Shown: piece after piece, positions 1 through 9,288 of the stretch
Numbering within the stretch: position 1 is the first letter of the stretch
Layout of the letters: each line of letters starts with the position of its first letter
NCBI GenBank assembly: GCA_051252375.1
Contig: JBPOFY010000003.1
Coordinates: 352,001 to 416,000 of the forward strand
Source of the DNA: Opitutaceae bacterium
Lineage (GTDB): Bacteria > Verrucomicrobiota > Verrucomicrobiia > Opitutales > Coraliomargaritaceae
Length of the DNA stretch: 64,000 nucleotides
Direction: 5' to 3'
Position numbers and translations under genes: made by a program
The notes under the pieces: model-generated
Seen by the model: only the letters and a program-made list of their open reading frames with translations
Databases searched by the model: none
What the model was told of the DNA's origin: nothing

Positions 1-763
1 CGTCGCGATTTTCGTAGACCGACTTGAAGCCTAGATCATAAGCAGGGCCTTCGGTGTCACTGAGCATGTCATTAGTCGATCGGTTGACGCCTTCGGCGTA
101 GCAATCTTCCAATAGAGTATTGTGCGCGCCTTGAATATAGAAGCAGTGCCCGAAGGCGCGGCTGATCACACGGCAGCGCTTGAGTGATGTGTTGTCGCCG
201 CCTATCATGAGACCGCTATGCTTGCCGAGTTGAGGGACTAATTTGCTATGGCCCTTGCCAAGATGATCTCCGTAGCCGTATGGCGAAGAACCGTGAACGA
301 AAAGTGAGATGTCGGTGAGTTGGTTGCCGTCGCCCCACAGGGTCATAAGAGTTCCGCTGATGCCTATTTGCGGTCCGATGCAACGAACCGTGAGCCCGTT
401 AAATTTGTTGCGATGCCCTCTGATGTGAATGGTGCGGGGGTAGCCGTTGGTGCTAATCTGGCTGTAGATGTGTGTGTCGAACTCGAGAGTGACGCCGTCG
501 AGATTGTAGATGTTGTCGCTACCGCTAAACTCTAGGATGGGACTTGGTGGGCGTTTGCCCGGACCTAAGTTCTTGCCGACAGCTGCCAGCATTTCGGGAG
601 TCAGGTAGTCGCGCACGCTGTAGGTGCCCGGTGCCATGGTGATCTCGTTCCCGCTTTGGGACGCGAGTTGCATGAGCTCGGCGAGACTTGAAATCTGATG
701 AGAGGATGCGGTTGCGGGTAATGTGGCCATTAGGCAGGCAAGGTAGATGAGGAGACGTGGCAT
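1..763 (-). CDS. Secreted right-handed beta-helix protein, putative polysaccharide lyase (FdlA/fucoidan-lyase-like); 3' end runs off the window
   Basis: Not in the ORF track; translated by hand from ATG at 763: MPRLLIYLACLMATLPATASSHQISSLAELMQLASQSGNEITMAPGTY...GSSPYGYGDHLGKG...KHSGLMIGGDNT...FGHCFYIQG. It has a signal peptide and is a clear paralogue of the adjacent 782..2149 gene. Confidence 0.75.
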   Translation of the reverse strand, partial: MPRLLIYLACLMATLPATASSHQISSLAELMQLASQSGNEITMAPGTYSVRDYLTPEMLAAVGKNLGPGKRPPSPILEFSGSDNIYNLDGVTLEFDTHIYSQISTNGYPRTIHIRGHRNKFNGLTVRCIGPQIGISGTLMTLWGDGNQLTDISLFVHGSSPYGYGDHLGKGHSKLVPQLGKHSGLMIGGDNTSLKRCRVISRAFGHCFYIQGAHNTLLEDCYAEGVNRSTNDMLSDTEGPAYDLGFKSVYENRD

Positions 764-781
764 GTTTTTTGGGTAGTGGAC

Positions 782-2149
782 TTATCTTGTTTTGTTGTTC
801 TTACCTTTGTCTTCGAGGATCTTGCCTTGACTCTTCACTGTGCAGTTTGAGGAGGTGGCGGCCAGGATGACGGTATGGTTGGTTTGATTGTCTATTTCGA
901 TTTCGTTTGCCCGGTTTTTTTCGTCAGCGTTGTCTGTGTAGCGTGCGCCAGTGCTGCCGACCACAATTGGTCGCAATCTGGTGGGAGGGGGTGCCTTGGT
1001 TGTAAATGTGATGTCGTGACCGCTTCCAGTGATTTCAGCTAGTGGATGTGTGCCGACTTCTTCTCGTGTGTGCTCCAAGAGTTCGATCTCTATCTTATTG
1101 TTGCCCTTATGTGCGTAAGGCAATGAGAGTGCGGGGCCGTTGGTGACATTTGCCTTGCAGTTTTCGATGGTTGAATCGGACGGTAGCGAATAGGCGTGCG
1201 AGCAGTTGATGACCAAACAATCTCTAACAGTTGCTCGGCTACCGATTGCGAGTGTGATGCCTCCGCGCATTCCATTGACAGCGCAGTTCTCCACTAGAAT
1301 ATGTCCGGTGCGTCGTCTTTCACCGGTATCTTTATCTTCGCCATCCAAATAGGCGCGAATGCCGTCCTCAGTGAGACCGATCATTTCGTCGCGGGGAATG
1401 GGCTGATCTTTCTTCCAGTCTGGGTACTGATATGTGTAATCGAACTTAGCCATCAGCGGATCCTTGGAGTCCATGATGTCGCTGGTATTGCGCTGGTCGC
1501 CCATCATGATGACGCCGTCCAAGTGTGTGTCCTGTGAACCATGGATGTGTATGCCGTGCCCGTAGGTGTGGATTCGGAACTTGCAATCCTTGATGTAAGC
1601 ACGGTCGCCAGAGATTGCCATGGCACTGTGCTTTTGTAGTTTGGCCGAAGCGCCCCGACCTTTGCCTAGCATGTCGCCGACACCGTAGGGGGCAGAGCCG
1701 CGTGTGACTATGAAGCAGTCTTGAAAGGTGACGTCGTGACCTTCGATGAAGATGCTGGCGACACTGACATTCGGTGGGGTATCTCCAGTGTCGATGAAGC
1801 GACCACCTTTGAAGGTCAGTTTGTCGCCAAGAATAGTATACATTCGAAGCCCGTGCACTTTGGTCCCGGTCATTTCCTTGAAGAGCTTCGTTGGAAATTC
1901 AATGGTCACGCCAGTCAGGTCGAATGTGTTATTCGAACCTGTGAATTCCATGACGGTGGTGCCGCTGGGCTCGAAACCTTTGATCACGTAGTGACCGGGT
2001 TTCATGCGGACGGTCTGGTTGCTTTCCTTGGATGCTTCGCGGAGTTCTTTGAGTGAACTGATCTCGATGCCGCTGGCTGTTGCCGTGAGGATGGCTAGGC
2101 CAGCGAACAGGGAGATCGCGAATGAGGTTTTATATCCGAAGAGTGACAT
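782..2149 (-). CDS. Secreted right-handed beta-helix protein, putative polysaccharide lyase (FdlA/fucoidan-lyase-like)
   Basis: ORF 782..2206; likely start is ATG 2149 (MSLFGYKTSFAISLFAGLAILTATASG, signal peptide). Motifs GSAPYGVGDMLGKG, KHS, GHGIH, EDGIRAY, MRGGITL, with beta-helix-type repeats (ILVENC, TVRDC, TIENC). Confidence 0.7.
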   Translation of the reverse strand: MSLFGYKTSFAISLFAGLAILTATASGIEISSLKELREASKESNQTVRMKPGHYVIKGFEPSGTTVMEFTGSNNTFDLTGVTIEFPTKLFKEMTGTKVHGLRMYTILGDKLTFKGGRFIDTGDTPPNVSVASIFIEGHDVTFQDCFIVTRGSAPYGVGDMLGKGRGASAKLQKHSAMAISGDRAYIKDCKFRIHTYGHGIHIHGSQDTHLDGVIMMGDQRNTSDIMDSKDPLMAKFDYTYQYPDWKKDQPIPRDEMIGLTEDGIRAYLDGEDKDTGERRRTGHILVENCAVNGMRGGITLAIGSRATVRDCLVINCSHAYSLPSDSTIENCKANVTNGPALSLPYAHKGNNKIEIELLEHTREEVGTHPLAEITGSGHDITFTTKAPPPTRLRPIVVGSTGARYTDNADEKNRANEIEIDNQTNHTVILAATSSNCTVKSQGKILEDKGKNNKTR

Positions 2150-2175
2150 GATCGATTGAGGGCAGCGGACGCACT

Positions 2176-3771
2176 CTAGAGTTCTCGGACGCTGACGAGG
2201 GACCAAGGTGCCACTTCTAGTGACAAGCTGAATGCGCCAGATGCGTCGGCACTGACTTGGCTGAGTTTGGTCGCGGCCGATGCTTCCTTAAGCGCGTCTG
2301 TTTGCTCACGTGAGATTGGTTCGGGGGAGCCCATACGTTTCCATGCGCTGAGGGCGTCGCCGTGCTGGGTGTCGAGCACCTCGATGATCAGATTTGCACC
2401 TGCTGTGAGTCCTTCGATGGAGATTTCGAGTTGCGCAGGGCTGCCAGTGGCGAGTGTCGTCTCAGCAGGTTCACGAGAGTCGAAAGAGCCGGGAATGGTC
2501 TGTGTGACTTCTGGTGGATAGTGATACGCGAGTGCCGCGACTTTACCGGTTTCGCTGCAGCGAGTGATGATACCAGCATCGGTTTTATCGAGGACTTGAT
2601 TGCCGAGTGTATTGAGGAAACGGTAGGTGTGGAATGTTGGCTTAGGGATGCCTTGCACGTTGACCATTCCGAATCCGCCGTGGAAGGCTGTGTCGCCCGC
2701 GCCGCTTTCTTCGAAAACGTCGGTGAAGACCCAGTAGGAGAGGGAGTCGACACTGCCGATGGAATCGATGTTGGCCTTGGCCACGAATGTTGCGGCTTGC
2801 AAGTAGTCGTGTGTGAAATCGCGCGGCGAGGAGCTGCTGCTCCACTCGGTGAGGTGGATCTCGGCCTGAGGGTAGGCGCTTTCGTCGATGATCTTACGTA
2901 GTAGGGCAAGGTCAGTTGGAGTGGCATTGACTCCGCGGGTAAGCTTGGTGCCGGTGCCGTGCTCGTCGAAGGCCCAGTCTGTTGGGTAGGGGTGGCAGCT
3001 GACGAAATCGACAGGCAGTTTGTTGTCTTCGCAAAATTTCAGAAAGTCCATCATCCAGACAGGCTTCCAATCAAGTGCGTCGAGGTCTTTCGCAGTGGTC
3101 ACGACTTTGTGCTCAGAAAGGTCTTCGCGCTCGCCGTCGAAACGTGCGTCGGGGACGAAGTTACTGGTCGAAGGGCCGCCGACGCGGAGATCGGGGTGGA
3201 TGGCTTTGATGGCATCGACAGAGACTTGATAGATCCTGAAGTATTCGCTCTTAGTGCCGTCAAAGAAGGGCGCGAGATTTGGCTCGTTCCAGACTTCGTA
3301 ATACCAGGTCAGGCATTCATCAATGCCATAGCGCGCGACGATGTGTTTAGTAAAGGCAGTGATGAGGTCAGCCCATTTCTGGTAATCTTTGGGTGGTGAG
3401 ACATTGCTCTTCCACCAGAAGACGGTCTTTTCGGTGCTAGCGAGGTCTTTGGGCATAAAGCCTAGCTCGATGAAGGGCTTCACTCCCATGTCGAGCAGAC
3501 GGTCGAATACTTCGTCGATGTATTGAAAGTTATAGGTGATGGAGCCGTCTTTGTTTTCGCGATAGACAAACATGTCGTCGTGGAAAAGCCCGTGGAAGCG
3601 GACGTATTCAAAGCCGCATTCGCGATGCACGAGTTCCATTTGCTCCATCCAAGAGGTGCGTAGAGCTTCACCGGCACGACCCGCGCCGACGCAAGGGTTC
3701 CAGTGTGGCTTGAAAGTTTGAATTCCGGAAGCTGTGCCGGCATTTGCGGATAGTTTGAGTTCTTGTTTCAT
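2176..3771 (-). CDS. Glycoside hydrolase family 39 (beta-xylosidase-like), no signal peptide
   Basis: YVRFHGLFHDDM, PFIELGFMP, EVWNEPN (acid/base), IHLTEW (nucleophile), YWVFTDVFEE. Confidence 0.9.
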   Translation of the reverse strand: MKQELKLSANAGTASGIQTFKPHWNPCVGAGRAGEALRTSWMEQMELVHRECGFEYVRFHGLFHDDMFVYRENKDGSITYNFQYIDEVFDRLLDMGVKPFIELGFMPKDLASTEKTVFWWKSNVSPPKDYQKWADLITAFTKHIVARYGIDECLTWYYEVWNEPNLAPFFDGTKSEYFRIYQVSVDAIKAIHPDLRVGGPSTSNFVPDARFDGEREDLSEHKVVTTAKDLDALDWKPVWMMDFLKFCEDNKLPVDFVSCHPYPTDWAFDEHGTGTKLTRGVNATPTDLALLRKIIDESAYPQAEIHLTEWSSSSSPRDFTHDYLQAATFVAKANIDSIGSVDSLSYWVFTDVFEESGAGDTAFHGGFGMVNVQGIPKPTFHTYRFLNTLGNQVLDKTDAGIITRCSETGKVAALAYHYPPEVTQTIPGSFDSREPAETTLATGSPAQLEISIEGLTAGANLIIEVLDTQHGDALSAWKRMGSPEPISREQTDALKEASAATKLSQVSADASGAFSLSLEVAPWSLVSVREL

Positions 3772-3778
3772 AAATTGT

Positions 3779-5530
3779 TTATGCGGTGTGTTTCACCGCT
3801 CGGCTATAAAAGTTATCTTGTTTGAGGAGTTCTGCAGGGGGTGCAAAGTTGACGAGTCGACCATTATCAAATACGGCAATTAAATCGGCATTCTTCAAGG
3901 TCGACATGCGGTGTGCGACAATAAATGTCGTGCGCGCTTTCATTACATTATCGAGCGCACTCTGGACGAGCATTTCAGACTCCACATCCAGTGCGCTGGT
4001 TGCCTCGTCGAGGATGAGCACTTTGGGATCACGAATGATCGCACGGGCGATGGCGATGCGTTGCATTTGGCCGCCAGATAGTCGCACGCCGTCGACACCC
4101 AGTTGTGTGTGGATGCCGTTGGGGAGTTTCTCGACAAACTCACGGGCATTGGCTTGATCCAGTGCGCGTAGGAGGTGTTCTTCGGTAATTGCGTCATTGC
4201 CGTAGGCGACGTTATCCCAAAGGCTGCCGGAAAAGAGAACGAGATCCTGTGTGACCACTCCGACTTGCTGGCGGTAGGTGCGCAAATCCATGTTGGCCAT
4301 GTCTTTTCCATCGAGCAGGATTTGCCCTTCATTCGGATGGATGAAGCCGAGCAGTAGTGAGAGTAGCGTCGATTTGCCACAGCCACTGGGGCCAGTGATG
4401 GCGACGGTGGTGCCGGCCTTCACTTGGAGGTTGAGTTCGCGGATCGCGTGTTCGTCTGAGTCCGGATATTGAAAGGAAACATTGTTCAACTCGAATTCAC
4501 CACGGATGGATTCGTAGGCTTCTTTGCCGGTGTTAAGCTCGAGGTCGGGAGAACTGAGCACTTCAATGATTGAATCTAGAGATTCTCTGGTTTGTAGCAA
4601 TTGGGGGATAAATGTCAGTAAGTTAGCAAAGGTGCTGGAGAGTGTTAAGAAGAACGAGTTGAACATGACCACATCGCCGACCGTGATATGCCCTTCGAAG
4701 CAGGCATACATCGAGACGCCTAGGCAGATGAGCTGCATGACGCCCATGATGACCCAGCTGATGGCTTTGAAGAGCTCGGTCAGCATGTCGAAACTCGCGC
4801 CCTTTTGATAGACCCCTTGAATGCCACTTTCCACTGTTTTTAGCTGGTGCTGCTCTAATCCGTGGGCACGAGTGAGAGGCATCATTGTGACCATTTCATT
4901 GAGGTGCATACTCATGCCCTCGATACTCTTCCGATAGTCATTAACGGTGTCGCTCATTTTGCGCCGGAACAATGCCGACACCACGCCACCGGCTGCTGCT
5001 GCGGGTATGAAAAAGAGTAGGGCTTCGGGTTTGCGGATGTATATGATGAAGGCTGTGAGGGAGACACCCAAAAAGAAGCTAAAGCCTTGCTCCAATGCTA
5101 GCCTCGGTAGCTGTTCGATGATTTCGATGTCGCGAATCGCCTTAGAGTGGACTTTGCCGACGCTGTGGCGGTTGTGGTAGTGCAGCGACAGTGCCTGTAA
5201 TTGATGGCAGACCTTGATGCGCAAATCCCGTCCGATGCCGCGCGTGAGAAGTATCAGATTCTTGGTGAAATAAACGGCAGCCGGGATATTTTGCAGGAAG
5301 AGTCCGATGCCGATTATAATGTAGATAATCAGTTTTGTGATGTCCGGCTCCGGCTGATTTGCCAAATCGATCACTCTGGCAGTGACGAGTGGAATCAACC
5401 AAACTGGCGCAGCCTTCAAGGTAATGAAGAAGATCGCCTTTACGCCTGCCCAAAGCTTATCCGCAAACAACTCGCGCAAAAGCTTTAGCTCGCTTTGCGT
5501 CTCGGTCGTTTCTGCTGTGGGGGTGGGCAT
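3779..5530 (-). CDS. ABC transporter, fused permease/ATP-binding protein (exporter-type fold)
   Basis: N-terminal TM domain; Walker A GPSGCGKS, signature LSGGQ, Walker B ILDEATSALD, H-loop VAHR. Confidence 0.92.
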   Translation of the reverse strand: MPTPTAETTETQSELKLLRELFADKLWAGVKAIFFITLKAAPVWLIPLVTARVIDLANQPEPDITKLIIYIIIGIGLFLQNIPAAVYFTKNLILLTRGIGRDLRIKVCHQLQALSLHYHNRHSVGKVHSKAIRDIEIIEQLPRLALEQGFSFFLGVSLTAFIIYIRKPEALLFFIPAAAAGGVVSALFRRKMSDTVNDYRKSIEGMSMHLNEMVTMMPLTRAHGLEQHQLKTVESGIQGVYQKGASFDMLTELFKAISWVIMGVMQLICLGVSMYACFEGHITVGDVVMFNSFFLTLSSTFANLLTFIPQLLQTRESLDSIIEVLSSPDLELNTGKEAYESIRGEFELNNVSFQYPDSDEHAIRELNLQVKAGTTVAITGPSGCGKSTLLSLLLGFIHPNEGQILLDGKDMANMDLRTYRQQVGVVTQDLVLFSGSLWDNVAYGNDAITEEHLLRALDQANAREFVEKLPNGIHTQLGVDGVRLSGGQMQRIAIARAIIRDPKVLILDEATSALDVESEMLVQSALDNVMKARTTFIVAHRMSTLKNADLIAVFDNGRLVNFAPPAELLKQDNFYSRAVKHTA

Positions 5531-5562
5531 GATTACGCGTATAGAAAAGCCGTCGGTAAAGA

Positions 5563-8500
5563 TTACTGATCTTGATGCTGCTCTTCGCGGACGAGAGCGC
5601 CGTCTTTATATTCCTTGATGGATGCAGTCAAATTTGTGCCTTCTTCGAGACCGTTGATTTGAATCACATGTGTGCGACCATCATTGAGCTCGACGGTGAG
5701 TGCATTTGCGGATTCAGCGGTGACGCTTTTGACGACGGCTTTATTTTCGAAAGGCTCAATGACGGTCAAGAAACGGGCTTGCTTGCCCTTGCTCCGGAAG
5801 CTGAGTGACTTGCGGCGCCAAGTTTCGTCGCCGAGAGGAAAGTCGCCACCGACGAAAGATTTAAAGCGTGCCGCATTCAGACCTGCCAGATCGATGGTGA
5901 TGGTGCCGTCGATGTTGCCCTTCACCGGATTTGCGGGAACGGTGCGTTCGAATTCACGACCCGCAATCTTAACGGGGCCGCCCTTGTAATCGACGCCGCT
6001 TTCTGGAGAGCTATCGATCTGGTCGTAGTTGAGCTCGAGTTCGTTGAGGTCGATTTCTTTGCCATCCTTAGTGACGATGACAGCATTCGCCCAGAAGAGA
6101 GTTTTCGGGGACTTGCGCTCGTCGAAGTCGGCCTTGGTTTGAAGAGTGAGTGTTTGTATCCCTTCTACGGATACGTCGATCTCGTCACGACCGAGCACCC
6201 ATGCGCCGAACTTACCTTCGGATAGCACTTGGTCGTCGCCCATCACAGAATACCAAAACTTACGGTTGACCCAGTGCGCCTCGGGGAGCGTGCCGATCAT
6301 GACTTCGCGTTCTTTCGGCCATGCGTTGTAGACGTCCATTTTTAAGACGCCGTCTTCGCCAACGAGACGAGTGCCCGCGTTATCCGCACCTTTACCAAAC
6401 TGTGTCTCGAAGCTCACCTTAGTTGTGCCTGTGGCATCATACCAATCGCAATCGGTGATGAGTTGAGCTGCTAGAATCGGATCGGGGTTCATTTGCTCGG
6501 TGGTGTGAGTGAGTGTGAGCTCTTCGGCTTCAATACCCATGAAGCCCTTGATCTGATATAGGTGATCATAGGTGTGCTCTTCCGGAGCATCGAGGTAGTC
6601 AGCAACAACGATATAGTCATCTATCACTGCAAGAAAGCGGCGTTGCATTACACGGTCGGAGTAGGGGCCGATTGCGGTATATACCGGCTCGTTTTCCGGC
6701 TGTGGCATATAGCGACCTTCCTGCCAGCATTTGTCTTGGAAGTTGCCTTTGAAGGTAGAGTAAAAAAGACCACCGTAGGGAGGGGCTGACCAGCGGGCAT
6801 TGGTCTCGACGGCGGTTGTCTGCATGAGGTCGCCTTCGCTGAAGAGGATGAGGCTACTTTCAACGGGCTCTTGCTGCTTCATGTCAACCACGACCATGTT
6901 GTGCGGCAAAGATGTCTGCACGAAGAAGGCATACATGAAGTTTGGGTAGCTATACCAGATGTGTTCTGGGTTGTAGAAGCTGCGACCATAGCGCATGAGT
7001 GAGTTGAGGCTAGCGCGGTCGAAATGGCCGTGGTAGCCGCCGTGGGTGCCGTATTTGAGCACGGCTTGAATTTTCTCGCGAGGCGCTTTGCCTTCCGCTT
7101 TCGAGCGGAGCATGGTGACGCCGACATTGTCCGAATGCGCGGAGCCATAGCCGAGTTCTGGAGTGTCTGCTGGTAACTCGGCAACTCCGTAGAGTAGATC
7201 ACGCTTGGTGCTGTTCTTTAAGATCGCAGCGTATTTGGGATCTCGATACGCGAAGTAGGCGACTTCATAGTCAAGGGCGTCCAATTTCTTTTCGGTGGAG
7301 TCATTCACCGCGAACATTACACCGTTGTAGTCGATATAGGGGATCATCGCATCCCACATGTCGGTGATCTTGATATAGGGCTTATGCACGGGACCCCACT
7401 TCTGGAATGGTTTGCCTTGGTAGTCTTGTTTGCGCTGTTCGACGTCGGCGTAGGGAATGTTGTATTCCTGTGAGTAAGTGGCAGGGAAGGAGGCGTGCAT
7501 ATAGTCGACGCCCCATGGCTGCATGGCGTAGGCAAGCTGAGTGAACTCGCGTGAGACCCAGGCGTTGTAGCCGATGGAGCATTCATACCACCAACCATCG
7601 CCCATGACGCCGTGACTGATTTGATCGTAAAAGCCCATGGGACCTTCAATGAAGCGGTTAACTACAGCCATGTCTTGGATCGCTAGTGCTGTGTAAATGC
7701 AGCCGATCAATTCAGCGACTTGCCAATTACCGGTGTCGCCAAATGTGATATGTTGATCGATGACTTCATGGAAAACACGGAAGGTCTTCTCGATATTGGC
7801 ATGATCTTCGGCGGAGAATACGCCGGAATCGTAGATCATATCGTAGGTCATGGCGATGTATTGAAAGTAGGCGCCTTCTTTAACTAGGTTTACGTTGTTG
7901 GCCTGCTTGGTGACAGGGTAACCGTAAGTTGGGTCGCAGAGTTGGCGGATGTATTGTGCGGCTTTCTCGGCATATTTCACTTCGCCAGTGAGTTGGTAGG
8001 CGATGGCGACATCCATGCAATCGCGCTCGGTGCTCGATCTGTAGAGATACACATTATGCGTGCGATCGGAGACTTTGCCGTGGTCGGCGGCGGGCACCTG
8101 CCATTTCTCGGCTTTGTCGATATACTCCTGCGCAGCTTTCTTGGCCCATTCGACGGTCTTGGCTTTTTCACGAACATCGTCCCAGCGCTCTTTGTTGTGC
8201 AGGATGTAGGGATGCTCCATCTGGCTGAGTGTGATGTATTCGATTTGTCCGGCATCACGGCCATTTGCCATTGCTTGGATAAGTTGCGTTTCGCGACCAC
8301 CGGCTGGCACACGCTCTGACATGGTGACTGTGACCTCGCAGGTTTGGCTTTCGCCTGGAGCCAATGTCAGACTGTCGGGGGAGAGGGTGGTCGCCATGAC
8401 TTCTTCGCGGCCGCGTATGATACGGGAGAGGGTGACGGCTTGTGGCGCATCAGTGCAGTTAGTCAGTTCGAGTTGGTAAGTTACGCTATCGCTGCCCTTG

Positions 8501-9084
8501 GCGGACTTTGAGCGCACGGGGCTCTTGAGGCTGATGATGTCGGCTTCGATCAGGTGTGGATTCCGAATCTGTAGCTGGGCTTGGCTGCCATCGGCAGGGC
8601 TAGCGGTGATTTCGAAAGTCTTGATGGCTTCGAGCACGAAGGGGCGCGCTTTCTCGTAGTTGAAGGATTCGATCGGAAAGGTAACGGTGTGCCAGCCCTT
8701 GCCTGCGAGGCTGGTTTTGGAAATGAATTTGCTGACCACGGGCGCTTTGCCTTTCAGCGTCGGCGCGGTGAGCATTGCGGCGGTGATGTTCAGGTTTGCC
8801 TCGGTGGGATTATACAGCTCCAGACGCACGCCATACTGATCGCGCCAGTAACTGGAGCCGTCGTGCGCGGAAGCAAGCCCGACGCGATGCCAACCGACTT
8901 CACCGTCGGGGTAAGTGTAGCTGATTGTTGTAGCGCTTAGGAAGCTCCCTGTGGTCACCGTGCTTTCGCTGAGCCCATCCCAGCTATCAAGACCAGGCAA
9001 TGTCGCTGCAGTTAGGATGCTATTTGAAACAACTGATAGCAGAGTGAGTAGTGCGAGAGACAAGAGACGGCTACGATTTTTCAT
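5563..9084 (-). CDS. Secreted multidomain polysaccharide lyase-like protein (Ig-like domain, alginate-lyase alpha-toroid, heparinase II/III-like beta domain, NPCBM-like insert)
   Basis: Signal peptide; HPYIL...W..VREK, GNWQ, DGWWYECSIGYN, HGGYHGHFD and HNMVVVD motifs typical of the PL17/heparinase-like fold. Confidence 0.75.
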   Translation of the reverse strand: MKNRSRLLSLALLTLLSVVSNSILTAATLPGLDSWDGLSESTVTTGSFLSATTISYTYPDGEVGWHRVGLASAHDGSSYWRDQYGVRLELYNPTEANLNITAAMLTAPTLKGKAPVVSKFISKTSLAGKGWHTVTFPIESFNYEKARPFVLEAIKTFEITASPADGSQAQLQIRNPHLIEADIISLKSPVRSKSAKGSDSVTYQLELTNCTDAPQAVTLSRIIRGREEVMATTLSPDSLTLAPGESQTCEVTVTMSERVPAGGRETQLIQAMANGRDAGQIEYITLSQMEHPYILHNKERWDDVREKAKTVEWAKKAAQEYIDKAEKWQVPAADHGKVSDRTHNVYLYRSSTERDCMDVAIAYQLTGEVKYAEKAAQYIRQLCDPTYGYPVTKQANNVNLVKEGAYFQYIAMTYDMIYDSGVFSAEDHANIEKTFRVFHEVIDQHITFGDTGNWQVAELIGCIYTALAIQDMAVVNRFIEGPMGFYDQISHGVMGDGWWYECSIGYNAWVSREFTQLAYAMQPWGVDYMHASFPATYSQEYNIPYADVEQRKQDYQGKPFQKWGPVHKPYIKITDMWDAMIPYIDYNGVMFAVNDSTEKKLDALDYEVAYFAYRDPKYAAILKNSTKRDLLYGVAELPADTPELGYGSAHSDNVGVTMLRSKAEGKAPREKIQAVLKYGTHGGYHGHFDRASLNSLMRYGRSFYNPEHIWYSYPNFMYAFFVQTSLPHNMVVVDMKQQEPVESSLILFSEGDLMQTTAVETNARWSAPPYGGLFYSTFKGNFQDKCWQEGRYMPQPENEPVYTAIGPYSDRVMQRRFLAVIDDYIVVADYLDAPEEHTYDHLYQIKGFMGIEAEELTLTHTTEQMNPDPILAAQLITDCDWYDATGTTKVSFETQFGKGADNAGTRLVGEDGVLKMDVYNAWPKEREVMIGTLPEAHWVNRKFWYSVMGDDQVLSEGKFGAWVLGRDEIDVSVEGIQTLTLQTKADFDERKSPKTLFWANAVIVTKDGKEIDLNELELNYDQIDSSPESGVDYKGGPVKIAGREFERTVPANPVKGNIDGTITIDLAGLNAARFKSFVGGDFPLGDETWRRKSLSFRSKGKQARFLTVIEPFENKAVVKSVTAESANALTVELNDGRTHVIQINGLEEGTNLTASIKEYKDGALVREEQHQDQ

Positions 9085-9211
9085 TTTGGGATAATAAGAA
9101 TGCCAATAGATTGTTGATCAGAGTGAATCAATGGGGGGAGGCACCGGTCGTGCAGTTACATTCTAATCTCCCAAGCTAAGCTGGGTGCTTTTAAACAGAA
9201 GAACCTGCATA

Positions 9212-9225
9212 GTTACACTGGTAAT
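9212..9225. promoter_or_regulatory. Putative operator, motif TTWCACTGGWAA (copy 1)
   Basis: GTTACACTGGTAAT upstream of the lyase operon; recurs at 10389, 25929 and 37662. Confidence 0.55.
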
Positions 9226-9288
9226 TGGGTCTTTAGCTCATTTGCCGCTAACTTCCTAAGTTTGCGAATGCACTCTGTTGGATTGCTG

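Noticed and set aside
320..535. 71-aa plus-strand ORF and the many other short ORFs overlapping long genes (e.g. 2362..2901, 27145..27786, 30304..30861)
   Set aside because: They are antisense or off-frame shadows of well-supported CDSs.
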